Source: a virus. From it: a DNA stretch of 64,000 nucleotides. This document shows positions 9,636-18,274 of the stretch, piece after piece (positions within the stretch are counted from its first letter, which is position 1; each line of letters starts with the position of its first letter). Below the pieces are notes generated by a model, which searched no databases, was not told the origin of the DNA, and saw only the letters and a list, made by a program, of their open reading frames with translations. The position numbers and the translations under genes were made by a program. The stretch spans positions 126,529 through 190,528 of the IMG/VR virus record IMGVR_UViG_3300020595_003017, one strand, 5' to 3'.

Positions 9636-11107
9636 TGTTTTTTATTTTAGAAATGGCTAACAATCATCAGGGTAGTGTGCAACATGCAAAAGCTATTATT
9701 GATGATTTCGTAGAAGTTAAAAACAAATACGATTTAAACGTAGGTTTAAAAGTTCAGTTTCGTAACCTTGACACCTTTATTCATCCTGATTTCAAGAACT
9801 CTGGACTGAAATATGTTAAAAGGTTTAATGAGACTAGACTAGAGGTAGAGGATTTTCGACAAATTTTAGAATATGCAAAATCAAAAGGTATGAAAACTGT
9901 CGCAACGCCTTTTGATAATGAATCTTTAAGATTGTTCGAGGAACTTGATGTTGATATACTAAAGATAGCTAGTTGTTCTGCTGATGATTGGCCACTCTTA
10001 AGGCAGGTTGCAAAAATACAAAGAAAAATTGTTATGTCAACCGCCGGCACAGAAATACCGGTACTACAAAAAGCATACAACTTATTCAAGGCTAACAATA
10101 GAGATTTTGCTTTCATGCACTGTGTGGGGGATTATCCGACACCAACTTCTAGTGCAGACTTGTCTAGAATTCTAACGCTTAGGGATACTTTTCCTGATAT
10201 AGAAATAGGTTTTTCTACTCACGAATCACCAGATGAGGTATCGTTAGCTTCACATGCTCGTGCCATGGGTTGTACGATATTTGAAAAACATGTTGGTAAA
10301 AAGACAGACACAGTAAATCTTAATGCTTATTCATGCACTAGAGAACAGTATGAAAATATGATAGTTGATTTGATGCGTTACCAGTCTGCTTTTGAGGGTA
10401 AATCTAACACGCAGAAACAATCTTTGAGAAACCTCAAAAGGGGAGTGTATATTAGGGAAGATTTGCCCAAAGGTCACACCCTCTCAGAAGAAGATCTTTT
10501 TTATGCAATGCCTTGCCAAGAGGATCAACTGGATGTATCAAAAATTGATATGGTTTTGGGCTCTGCTCTTGAAGTGGCAAAAAGCAGAAATGAAAAACTC
10601 TGTCTAGAAAACATTATAAATAAAACTGATGATGAGACACATAAAATCTGTGACTCTGTTAGAGAAGTTTTAGAACACGCAAAAATACCAGTTACCCCAA
10701 AAGATAAGTGTGAAATTTCTTGTCATTACGGATTGGAAAATTTTGAAAGATATGGTGCCTTTATCATTGATAAGGTTAATAGAGAATATTGTAAAAAGCT
10801 AATTGTAATGTTACCAGGACAAAAACACCCAGAGCATTATCACATAAGAAAAGAAGAAACCTTTGAGTTAATACACGGTGACTGTTCTATTGCCGTAAAA
10901 GGAAAAACTGTTGACTTAAAGCTTGGAGAGCCATTTCTTATTGTCAGAAATGTACCACACGCTTTCCAGACTTTGAATGGTTGTGTTATCGAAGAAGTTT
11001 CTACAACTCATCATCGTGGTGATTCAATATACACTGACCCATCAATTCTTCGAAAAGAAGTAAAAGACAGAAAAGTAACATGCAATATTTATAGGAAAAA
11101 AATATGA
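9635..11107 (+). CDS. neuB: N-acetylneuraminate synthase-family protein with SAF domain and C-terminal cupin
   Basis: EMANNHQG, KIASCS, HCVGDYPT, GFSTHE, FEKH motifs; SAF-like RGVYIREDLPKGHTL; C-terminal cupin HPEHYHIRKEETF...PHAF. Confidence 0.8.
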   Translation: MFFILEMANNHQGSVQHAKAIIDDFVEVKNKYDLNVGLKVQFRNLDTFIHPDFKNSGLKYVKRFNETRLEVEDFRQILEYAKSKGMKTVATPFDNESLRLFEELDVDILKIASCSADDWPLLRQVAKIQRKIVMSTAGTEIPVLQKAYNLFKANNRDFAFMHCVGDYPTPTSSADLSRILTLRDTFPDIEIGFSTHESPDEVSLASHARAMGCTIFEKHVGKKTDTVNLNAYSCTREQYENMIVDLMRYQSAFEGKSNTQKQSLRNLKRGVYIREDLPKGHTLSEEDLFYAMPCQEDQLDVSKIDMVLGSALEVAKSRNEKLCLENIINKTDDETHKICDSVREVLEHAKIPVTPKDKCEISCHYGLENFERYGAFIIDKVNREYCKKLIVMLPGQKHPEHYHIRKEETFELIHGDCSIAVKGKTVDLKLGEPFLIVRNVPHAFQTLNGCVIEEVSTTHHRGDSIYTDPSILRKEVKDRKVTCNIYRKKI

Positions 11108-12387
11108 CAAACCACTTTAAAAATATTACACAGTGCCGCATTTGTGGATCACAGGACTTGACTGAGGTTATCTCTATTGAGGAACAACATTTGTCTCCGA
11201 CATTTGTTCGAACGAATAAAGATAATCATTTAGCAGGTTTACTTGTTAGGCAGACTTTAGTTCTTTGTGACAAAAGTAAAAATAGTAAAAATTGTGGACT
11301 TTTACAACTCAAAGAAACTGTGAAGCCAGATTTATTATACAAGCAATACTTTTATCGCTCCGCCGTAAGTGATACGATGCGCAAGGACCTTAGAGAGGTT
11401 GTTGACGATGTTACATCTAGAGTAGACTTGAATGGTGGAGATGTTGTTCTTGATATTGGTGCAAATGATTGCACCATGTTGTCTTACTTTGACTCTTCTT
11501 TGGCGAGAGTAGGAGTTGAGCCAGCAGAAAATATTGAATGGGATCATGTCGATGAATCAATAACAATTGTTAATGATTACTTTTCTTGGCAGGCCGTGGA
11601 ATCAACACTGGCAGGAAGAAAAGTAAAGGCATTTACAAGTTGCGCCATGTTTTATGATCTTGATGATCCAAATAGCTTTGTAGCTGCAATCAAAAAATGT
11701 CTGGACAAAGATGGTGTCTGGTGTATTCAGTTGAGTTACTTGCCTTTAATGCTTGAGAATATTAATTTTTATGATATTTGTAACGAACACTTGGAATATT
11801 ATTCGCTGCAAGTTCTTGAAACACTGATGAATAGAAATGGATTAAAAATTGTAGACGCTAGCTTAAACAACGTCAATGGTGGGTCTGCTCGTGTTTTCAT
11901 TAAGCACATTGAACACCCTGATGCTCAAAGTGATGATCTTGTAAAACTTCTGAAGAAAGAGGACGAACTAAATCTCTATGAGCCAAAGACTTACGTTGAG
12001 TTTTATGACAAAATAAAAGATCTTAGAGATAGAATTAAAAACTCCATGCTTTCGGAAATTGAAAGAGGCGAGCTTGTCCTAGGTCTCGGAGCATCAACTA
12101 AAGGTAACATGCTACTTCAGCTTTTTGGTATCGATAATAAAATGCTTCCTTACATTAGCGAACGCAACCCAGATAAAGTTGGATTACGAACGCTGGGCAC
12201 AGACATAGAATTAATATCTGAGGAACACGCTCGGTCTCTTAATCCTAGTTGTATGCTTGTATTACCTTGGTACTTTAAAGACGAAATTGTCGAAAGGGAA
12301 CAGCCTTATATTCAGGCAGGCGGCAAGCTGATGTTTCCGATGCCGTATCCTCATATTGTGACAAAAGATGGGGAGATAAAAATCTAA
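11104..12387 (+). CDS. NDP-hexose C-methyltransferase (SAM-dependent, NovU/EryBIII-like)
   Basis: N-terminal CRICG zinc region, VLDIGANDCT, ICNEHLEYYS, GASTKGN, LPWYFKDEI. Confidence 0.85.
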   Translation: MTNHFKNITQCRICGSQDLTEVISIEEQHLSPTFVRTNKDNHLAGLLVRQTLVLCDKSKNSKNCGLLQLKETVKPDLLYKQYFYRSAVSDTMRKDLREVVDDVTSRVDLNGGDVVLDIGANDCTMLSYFDSSLARVGVEPAENIEWDHVDESITIVNDYFSWQAVESTLAGRKVKAFTSCAMFYDLDDPNSFVAAIKKCLDKDGVWCIQLSYLPLMLENINFYDICNEHLEYYSLQVLETLMNRNGLKIVDASLNNVNGGSARVFIKHIEHPDAQSDDLVKLLKKEDELNLYEPKTYVEFYDKIKDLRDRIKNSMLSEIERGELVLGLGASTKGNMLLQLFGIDNKMLPYISERNPDKVGLRTLGTDIELISEEHARSLNPSCMLVLPWYFKDEIVEREQPYIQAGGKLMFPMPYPHIVTKDGEIKI

Positions 12388-13289
12388 TGAAAGTTGTAGT
12401 AACTGGTGGTTCTGGATTTGTAGGTAAAAGGCTGCAATTAATCAAGCCAGATTGGACATATCTTTCTTCGAAAGATTATAACCTAATGGACTCAGGTGAC
12501 TGTGATAGGATGTACAAAGAATTAAAGCCCGACGCTGTGGTTCATTTAGCGGGTCAAGTAGGAGGCATAAAAGCCAATGACGACCGACCAGCAGACTTCT
12601 ACTATATGAACATAACTATGAACACAAACATCGTTCAAAAGGCTTACGAGAATGGTGTTAAAAGAGTGCTAGCTTCTTTGAGTACATGTACATTCCCAGA
12701 TGTTGTAAAAAAATACCCACTAACCGAAGAAGATATATTTGATGGACCTCCTGCGGCTACCAACATATCATATGGGTATGCTAAGAGGAGCCTGTTAATA
12801 CAAATTTTAGCGTACAGGAGACAGTACGGTTTAAATTATAGTTCCTTTTGTCCATCTAATTTGTATGGTCCGGGAGATAATTTCAACCTTAACACATCTC
12901 ACTTTGTGCCGGCCATGATAAGAAAGTTTTCCGAGGCGAGTGATGGCGACACAGTTGAAGTTTGGGGAACCGGAAAACCACTCCGGCAACAATTGTACGT
13001 TGATGATTTGGCAAATATAATTCCCATTCTTTTAGACAAACATCACACTGAAGTCCCTTTGATTGTAGCACCTTATGAGAACTTGTCTATATCAGAAATG
13101 GTATCGATGATCAAGGAGAAATCAGGAAAGAATTGTGAAGTTTTTTATAACAACAACCTTGATGGTCAGTTTAGGAAAGATGGATCTAATGAGAAGTTAA
13201 TTGATTTGATTGGTGAATATAATTTTATAAACTTTAAAGACGGAGTGGAGCAGACGTATGACTGGTACGCAAACAAAGTCCTACAATAA
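12387..13289 (+). CDS. fcl: GDP-L-fucose synthase (epimerase/reductase)
   Basis: HLAGQVGGIKAN, LSTCTFP, YGYAKR, PSNLYGPGDNF, WGTGKPLRQQLYVDD. Confidence 0.85.
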   Translation: MKVVVTGGSGFVGKRLQLIKPDWTYLSSKDYNLMDSGDCDRMYKELKPDAVVHLAGQVGGIKANDDRPADFYYMNITMNTNIVQKAYENGVKRVLASLSTCTFPDVVKKYPLTEEDIFDGPPAATNISYGYAKRSLLIQILAYRRQYGLNYSSFCPSNLYGPGDNFNLNTSHFVPAMIRKFSEASDGDTVEVWGTGKPLRQQLYVDDLANIIPILLDKHHTEVPLIVAPYENLSISEMVSMIKEKSGKNCEVFYNNNLDGQFRKDGSNEKLIDLIGEYNFINFKDGVEQTYDWYANKVLQ

Positions 13290-14268
13290 GACAGCTTTTG
13301 TTACTGGCGTAACAGGACAAGACGGATCATATCTTGTAGAACTTTTATTAGATAAAGGGTACAGAGTGATTGGGGCAAAAAGAAGAACCTCTACTATCTG
13401 TACTGACAGGATCGATCGTTTATTTGATAGGCCAAATTTTATTCTTGAATTTTATGACCTTAACGACACTTCTAGAACATGGGAACTAATAAATAAATAC
13501 AAGCCAGACGAGATCTATAATCTAGCAGCGATGTCGCATGTTAGAGTATCTTTTGAAATACCTGAACACACGGTAGATGGAATAGCTATGGGAACCTTGC
13601 GGCTTTTAAATGCCTGTAAGGAACTTGTACCAAATGCAAAATTTTACCAAGCATCATCTTCAGAAATGTATGGCGATAATCCAAATTATCCTTTCAATGA
13701 GGATTCTAGCTTAATGCCAGCATCTCCGTATGCTTGTGCTAAAGTATTTGCTCACAATCTCTGTAGAAATTATCGACTAGCATATGGTATGCATGTTTCA
13801 AGTGGAATACTTTTTAATCATGAGTCTCCACGCCGAGGCGAAACGTTTGTTACAAGGAAGATAACTTTAGCAGCAGCCAGAATCAAACAGGGGTTACAAG
13901 ACAAACTTTTCTTAGGTAACCTAGAGGCAAAAAGAGACTGGGGTTTCGCTGGCGACTATACCGAGGCCATGTGGCTCATGCTACAACAAGATGAGCCAGA
14001 TGATTATGTTATCGCCACAGGCGAAACTCATACAGTTAGAGAATTTTTGGAAGAAGTTTTCTCACATGCTGGTCTTGATGTCGATAAACATCTGTATATT
14101 GACCCAAGACTTTTCAGACCCCATGAAGTTCCTTATCTTCTCGGTAATCCCGAAAAAGCAAAAAAGAAATTAAACTGGGAACCAAAAATAACATTTAAAG
14201 AATTAGCAAAACAAATGTACGAGGAAGACTATAAACTCGTCGCAAAAAATAAAGGAGAAATAAAATGA
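13258..14268 (+). CDS. gmd: GDP-mannose 4,6-dehydratase
   Basis: AFVTGVTGQDGSYL, YQASSSEMYG, SPYACAK, NHESPRRGETFVTRKI, AKRDWG. GGAG 7 nt before the ATG. Confidence 0.95.
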   Translation: MTGTQTKSYNKTAFVTGVTGQDGSYLVELLLDKGYRVIGAKRRTSTICTDRIDRLFDRPNFILEFYDLNDTSRTWELINKYKPDEIYNLAAMSHVRVSFEIPEHTVDGIAMGTLRLLNACKELVPNAKFYQASSSEMYGDNPNYPFNEDSSLMPASPYACAKVFAHNLCRNYRLAYGMHVSSGILFNHESPRRGETFVTRKITLAAARIKQGLQDKLFLGNLEAKRDWGFAGDYTEAMWLMLQQDEPDDYVIATGETHTVREFLEEVFSHAGLDVDKHLYIDPRLFRPHEVPYLLGNPEKAKKKLNWEPKITFKELAKQMYEEDYKLVAKNKGEIK

Positions 14269-14441
14269 AATTATCACAGCAAGCAATTGGAGCACTATTG
14301 ATGACACTTCAGAAGTGCCTTGCAGAAGAGAAAGATATTACTGAGCTTTTGTCTGATTGGGATTTAGAAATTAATGAAGCGGGCGATGTTACTGTAACAA
14401 ACCCACCCAGTTTTAAAACTCAGGTATTTGAAACAGAGTAA
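14265..14441 (+). CDS. Small hypothetical protein (58 aa; not in the supplied ORF track)
   Basis: MKLSQQAIGALLMTLQKCLAEEKDITELLSDWDLEINEAGDVTVTNPPSFKTQVFETE; AAGGAG RBS; ATGA and TAATG overlaps with its neighbours. Confidence 0.6.
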   Translation: MKLSQQAIGALLMTLQKCLAEEKDITELLSDWDLEINEAGDVTVTNPPSFKTQVFETE

Positions 14442-14701
14442 TGCCAAAGTACACCTATGTTTGCAATAAGTGCAATCAACAATTTGATGTAATTCATTCT
14501 TATAAAGATGAAATAACAAAGTGTGAGATTTGTGGTGAAATCGGCACTGTTTCAAAATTTCTTGGAAACCCAATAAATGTGAGAAATAAAGTTACACAAA
14601 AAAAACCAGAAATTGGAAGCGTTGTCATAGAGACAATAGAAGAAGCTAAGAAAGAGATAGAAAATGAAAAAGCTAAAAAAAGGAAAGAGGTAAGAAAATG
14701 A
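14441..14701 (+). CDS. FmdB-family zinc-ribbon protein
   Basis: MPKYTYVCNKCNQQFDV...CEICG, the MPxYxYxCxxC...CxxC pattern. Confidence 0.7.
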   Translation: MPKYTYVCNKCNQQFDVIHSYKDEITKCEICGEIGTVSKFLGNPINVRNKVTQKKPEIGSVVIETIEEAKKEIENEKAKKRKEVRK

Positions 14702-14976
14702 CTCTTTATTATATTTTGGCCTTTTCTGTTATCTGTAATATTTTCTTTGTTTGGTATGTTAGGCAGCTTTTGATTCGCTTTAATTATTTTTCTACAAACT
14801 TTGAAGCCCTTTCGGATATGATACAGGTATATCACGATCACCTAGAAAAGGTTTATGGTCTTGAAACGTTTTATGGAGACACAACTCTACAAGGGCTCCT
14901 AAATCATACGAAAGATTTTTCAGAGTTCATAACAGGAATGAAGGTAAATTTTGAAATCGACCAAGAAGAGGAATAA
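14698..14976 (+). CDS. Small membrane-anchored hypothetical protein
   Basis: N-terminal hydrophobic stretch ILAFSVICNIFFVWYV followed by a helical segment. Confidence 0.55.
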   Translation: MTLYYILAFSVICNIFFVWYVRQLLIRFNYFSTNFEALSDMIQVYHDHLEKVYGLETFYGDTTLQGLLNHTKDFSEFITGMKVNFEIDQEEE

Positions 14977-15640
14977 AAACCATTACTTTACAAAAGATAC
15001 GGAGAGAGCAATAATTGCTTATTGCAGCACTGATGATCTATCTGTAAGGTCTAAACTTTACATAGAACAAATCCAGCCAGCGTTTAATGAGCTTGTTGAC
15101 AAGATCGTATATACTTATAAATTTACTTCCCTTGAAAACATTGATGTATTAAAAGACGACTGTAAAATTTGGCTAACAACAATATTGTCTAAGTTTGATC
15201 CTACACAAGGCACTAAGGCTTTCTCATATTTTTCTGTTGTAACGAAAAACTGGTTTACCCACAAGGCTAAAAAACAAACTCAAAAAAACAAAAGAGAGAT
15301 AAATTATGATCTCATGATAAAAGAGGTAGAGATCGCCGATGTTAACAGGTCGGATTTTTTATCTGAGGCAGAGGAAAGAGAATTTTGGGCTTTTTTACTG
15401 AATGAAGTAGAAAGTTGGCAAAGACTAAAGATGAAAGGAAACGATCAAAAAGTTTTAGATGCCGTACTAACTTTAATGAAAAACATAGAAGACATAGAAA
15501 TTTTTAATAAAAAAGCGGTTTATCTTTATATGAGAGAGATAACAGGGCTAAACACCAAACAGATAGTTGGTTGTCTAAATAAAATGCGAGCCAGGTTTAG
15601 AGTTTTTAAGGAAAAATGGGACAGGGGAGAAATTAAGTGA
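14951..15640 (+). CDS. Phage sigma factor, T4 gp55-like (late transcription)
   Basis: SKFDPTQGTKAFSYFSVVTKNWF resembles the sigma region-2 signature of gp55-like proteins (FDP.K..N.F.YFT.I...AF). Located just before the structural block. TTG start. Confidence 0.6.
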   Translation: MKSTKKRNKNHYFTKDTERAIIAYCSTDDLSVRSKLYIEQIQPAFNELVDKIVYTYKFTSLENIDVLKDDCKIWLTTILSKFDPTQGTKAFSYFSVVTKNWFTHKAKKQTQKNKREINYDLMIKEVEIADVNRSDFLSEAEEREFWAFLLNEVESWQRLKMKGNDQKVLDAVLTLMKNIEDIEIFNKKAVYLYMREITGLNTKQIVGCLNKMRARFRVFKEKWDRGEIK

Positions 15641-15644
15641 CGTT

Positions 15645-15653
15645 CTATTTATA
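15645..15653 (+). promoter_or_regulatory. CTATTTATA motif, candidate phage late promoter
   Basis: In the gap before the structural block; the same core recurs before several other genes (see findings). Confidence 0.45.
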
Positions 15654-15667
15654 TTCGAGGGCAAAAT

Positions 15668-15961
15668 ATGAGAAAAGATCTAGATTCTTTAATAGAACAA
15701 GCACTTGCTAATATAAACAATGATCGTCAAGAAACTGAAATACTTCTTGACGAACTTAAAGAGTATATGAGCGTTTCGAAAGATCGATATTCAGATTCTG
15801 GAAATATAGCAGCTAAATTTGTTGAAACTTTGCAAAGAAGTAATGAGCAACTTGTCAAGCTAGCTACACTAGTTTATAAAAAAGAAAGTCAATCAAATTC
15901 AAATGCATTATCTGATGAGGATAAAGACAGTCTATTTGACATTATAAACGAGGAAAAGTAA
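15668..15961 (+). CDS. Hypothetical helical protein
   Basis: 97-aa ORF with GAGG RBS, tightly packed with the next gene; no recognisable motif. Confidence 0.6.
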   Translation: MRKDLDSLIEQALANINNDRQETEILLDELKEYMSVSKDRYSDSGNIAAKFVETLQRSNEQLVKLATLVYKKESQSNSNALSDEDKDSLFDIINEEK

Positions 15962-17332
15962 ATGTCAGTCCCTAAAACAAATAGAGGTTTGAACCCCAAC
16001 CCAGCTACAACTCCACGCAGAAAAGAAGCTCCTCTACGAAGAGGTTTTGATCTAGATTCTAATAATGGTGTGTCTGAGTTCAAAAAAATTATCAGACAAC
16101 AGTATACCACGGACATAACCGCAGACAAAAATGATTATGTGTGTAAGGCTATTACTAAGCCGGTAACAAGGGGAGAGGGCGCATTGGCAACTGTTTCCGT
16201 AAGAGGCCGAGCAAGAAACATACATGACTATCTGCCAATAATAGAGGGACCACCTAATGAGGATACCGCTTTTGGTAGACTTCAAATATGTAAGGCTTTC
16301 CTACACCCAGAGTTTAGCTCAACTCAAGCTAACTTGTTTTCATCTTTGGAGCCAGGATCTGAGTTTCTTGGTGACCTTCAATATCCAAAGTCGCCATTAG
16401 AATTTTTTAATGGCACCATAAAATCAAACTATACTAGAGGAGTTGATATAGCCGGTCTAACACCCAGTTCAGCCTTTAAGGTTTGTAGTGATTTTATACA
16501 ACCGTCATCTGTAACTCCGGCAACAGGGAAAGCAGATGCTGGATCACAAAACCCTGGATCGAATGCAAGAACTGCTGGAGCGATCTCGCCGGCACAACTG
16601 AAACAAAAGTGTAATACGATTTACTCAGTAGCAGATTTTGAACTTGCCGGTGATCTGCGAGCCGGTGGCACACTTCTTTCTTCTGCGGCAACAACTGAAC
16701 TGGGCGAATTTATTGCCTCTCACGAAGGTTTTATTCCGCAAATAAGAGAAGATTGGGATTACAACACAAGAACCAAGGAGCGCCTTGATAGCGCCGGATA
16801 TGGTTCTGTTGTCGATGACTCGCCACGATCGGGCGGATCTGCCCGCCGAGCAAAGCTTGAGTCTATCTTGCAGGAGACTAGACCAAGATCAACCTGGGGA
16901 ACTGTCGGCAGTTTAGACAGAGACGGAAAACTTAAACCTGTGCCAAAAACAGCCTGGGTTAAATACGGTACTACGAACTATTCAAAAATTGTACCTGGAG
17001 ATTATACAAGCATTTCACCGATTGAAGCACAAAGATTAATGCTTGAGCATGATGTAGTGCCAACAGTTAAGAGATTCATAGGCAATCTGAAAAAAGATGT
17101 AGAGGTTACTGATGACATGATAATCGCCGTTACTTCTGCATCATATCAGTGCGGGCCTAGAGCACTTTTAAGAATTGCTAAAGTCATGAATCGAAAAGGA
17201 AGTCCGCAAGAAATATATTCAGCGTTTTTAGATCTAACCCCAGCATTTAGAAAAAGAAGGATGCAAGAGGCAGAGTTTTTCTTTGGAAACAAAAACTTTA
17301 AATATACAGATAAAGATAAGTTGAGGAAATAG
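15962..17332 (+). CDS. Baseplate-associated protein with C-terminal GH24-like lysozyme domain
   Basis: FIASHEGF...D...SAGYG, AVTSASYQCG and RRMQEAEFF match phage GH24 lysozyme motifs (EG, GYG, ALVSF.YN.G, RRR.AE..LF). Upstream of spike/gp25 genes. Confidence 0.6.
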   Translation: MSVPKTNRGLNPNPATTPRRKEAPLRRGFDLDSNNGVSEFKKIIRQQYTTDITADKNDYVCKAITKPVTRGEGALATVSVRGRARNIHDYLPIIEGPPNEDTAFGRLQICKAFLHPEFSSTQANLFSSLEPGSEFLGDLQYPKSPLEFFNGTIKSNYTRGVDIAGLTPSSAFKVCSDFIQPSSVTPATGKADAGSQNPGSNARTAGAISPAQLKQKCNTIYSVADFELAGDLRAGGTLLSSAATTELGEFIASHEGFIPQIREDWDYNTRTKERLDSAGYGSVVDDSPRSGGSARRAKLESILQETRPRSTWGTVGSLDRDGKLKPVPKTAWVKYGTTNYSKIVPGDYTSISPIEAQRLMLEHDVVPTVKRFIGNLKKDVEVTDDMIIAVTSASYQCGPRALLRIAKVMNRKGSPQEIYSAFLDLTPAFRKRRMQEAEFFFGNKNFKYTDKDKLRK

Positions 17333-17337
17333 TAAAC

Positions 17338-18273
17338 ATGCCAATAGTTCCTGTAGATATGAAGTTTGGTGTTGATAAGAAGTTGTTGGAGCAGTCCTCT
17401 AACTTCACTGACTTCTTTAAATTAAACGGCGGTATGTTTAACGAGAAAATTATAGAGCCGGTCCCAAACCCATCAAGGTCAGGTCCAGAAGTCGTTGAGC
17501 CTGAATACAGACCGTCAAACTGTATGATTGTTTATGGTAGGGATAGACCAAGGGGCGTTACGAGTGGATATGGTGGACGAGGAAACACTCATGCAGGCTG
17601 TATAGATATTATTGCCGGCATGTCTGGTCGTCTAGCTAGAGCAAAAAATCCGAACACTAATGAAGCAGTTTTTACGAACAAGAGTCCAGAGCTTGATGCG
17701 GCTAGAATTTATATAAGCCAAAAAGCCGATATTGATGACTATTTTAGTTTGCATGATGGCAAAGTAGGAGTATCAAGGGCCAAATCGGCAATAGCAATAA
17801 AAGCTGATGATGTCAGAGTTGTTGCTCGTGAGGGTATAAAGTTAGTGACGGGAACTGATGTTTTTAACTCACAGGGTATTAGAATATCAGTTATCTCCGG
17901 CATAGATCTGATAGCAGGAAATAAAGGGTCAGAATTACAGCCCTTGGTCTTAGGGAACAGTCTTGTTAATGCGATGAAAGACCAAAACAAATTAATTACT
18001 GACTTAAATGGTATTGTGTTTAGTTTGATTAATGCTTATTTGTCTTTGGTGGCAGCTTTAGCCGCTCATGTTCATGTTAGTGCTCCTCTTGTTGGCGGAC
18101 CATCATCGCCATCGCCAGACTTGGCAGCAGCTTGTATATCTCAATTAAACAATGTTGCTCTTTTGATGGGAGATTTAAATGCTCACCAGACTAATGTTGT
18201 TTTACATAATACAAATTTTTATACTCCGATCGGGGAAGGCTTTATAAACAGTCCTTATAATAGCACAAACTAA
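17338..18273 (+). CDS. Baseplate central spike-like protein (gp5/gpV-type C-terminus)
   Basis: Beta-repeat-like segment (IAIKADDVRVVAREGIKLVTG...IDLIAG), then a helix and an HxH tip motif (AHVHVS); baseplate context. Confidence 0.55.
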   Translation: MPIVPVDMKFGVDKKLLEQSSNFTDFFKLNGGMFNEKIIEPVPNPSRSGPEVVEPEYRPSNCMIVYGRDRPRGVTSGYGGRGNTHAGCIDIIAGMSGRLARAKNPNTNEAVFTNKSPELDAARIYISQKADIDDYFSLHDGKVGVSRAKSAIAIKADDVRVVAREGIKLVTGTDVFNSQGIRISVISGIDLIAGNKGSELQPLVLGNSLVNAMKDQNKLITDLNGIVFSLINAYLSLVAALAAHVHVSAPLVGGPSSPSPDLAAACISQLNNVALLMGDLNAHQTNVVLHNTNFYTPIGEGFINSPYNSTN

Positions 18274-18274
18274 A

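Noticed and set aside
1-14268. Ordinary bacterial O-antigen or capsule locus
   Set aside because: No flippase, polymerase or export genes in the window, and the cluster runs by overlapping ORFs into the phage sigma and baseplate genes. Chimeric assembly is not formally excluded.
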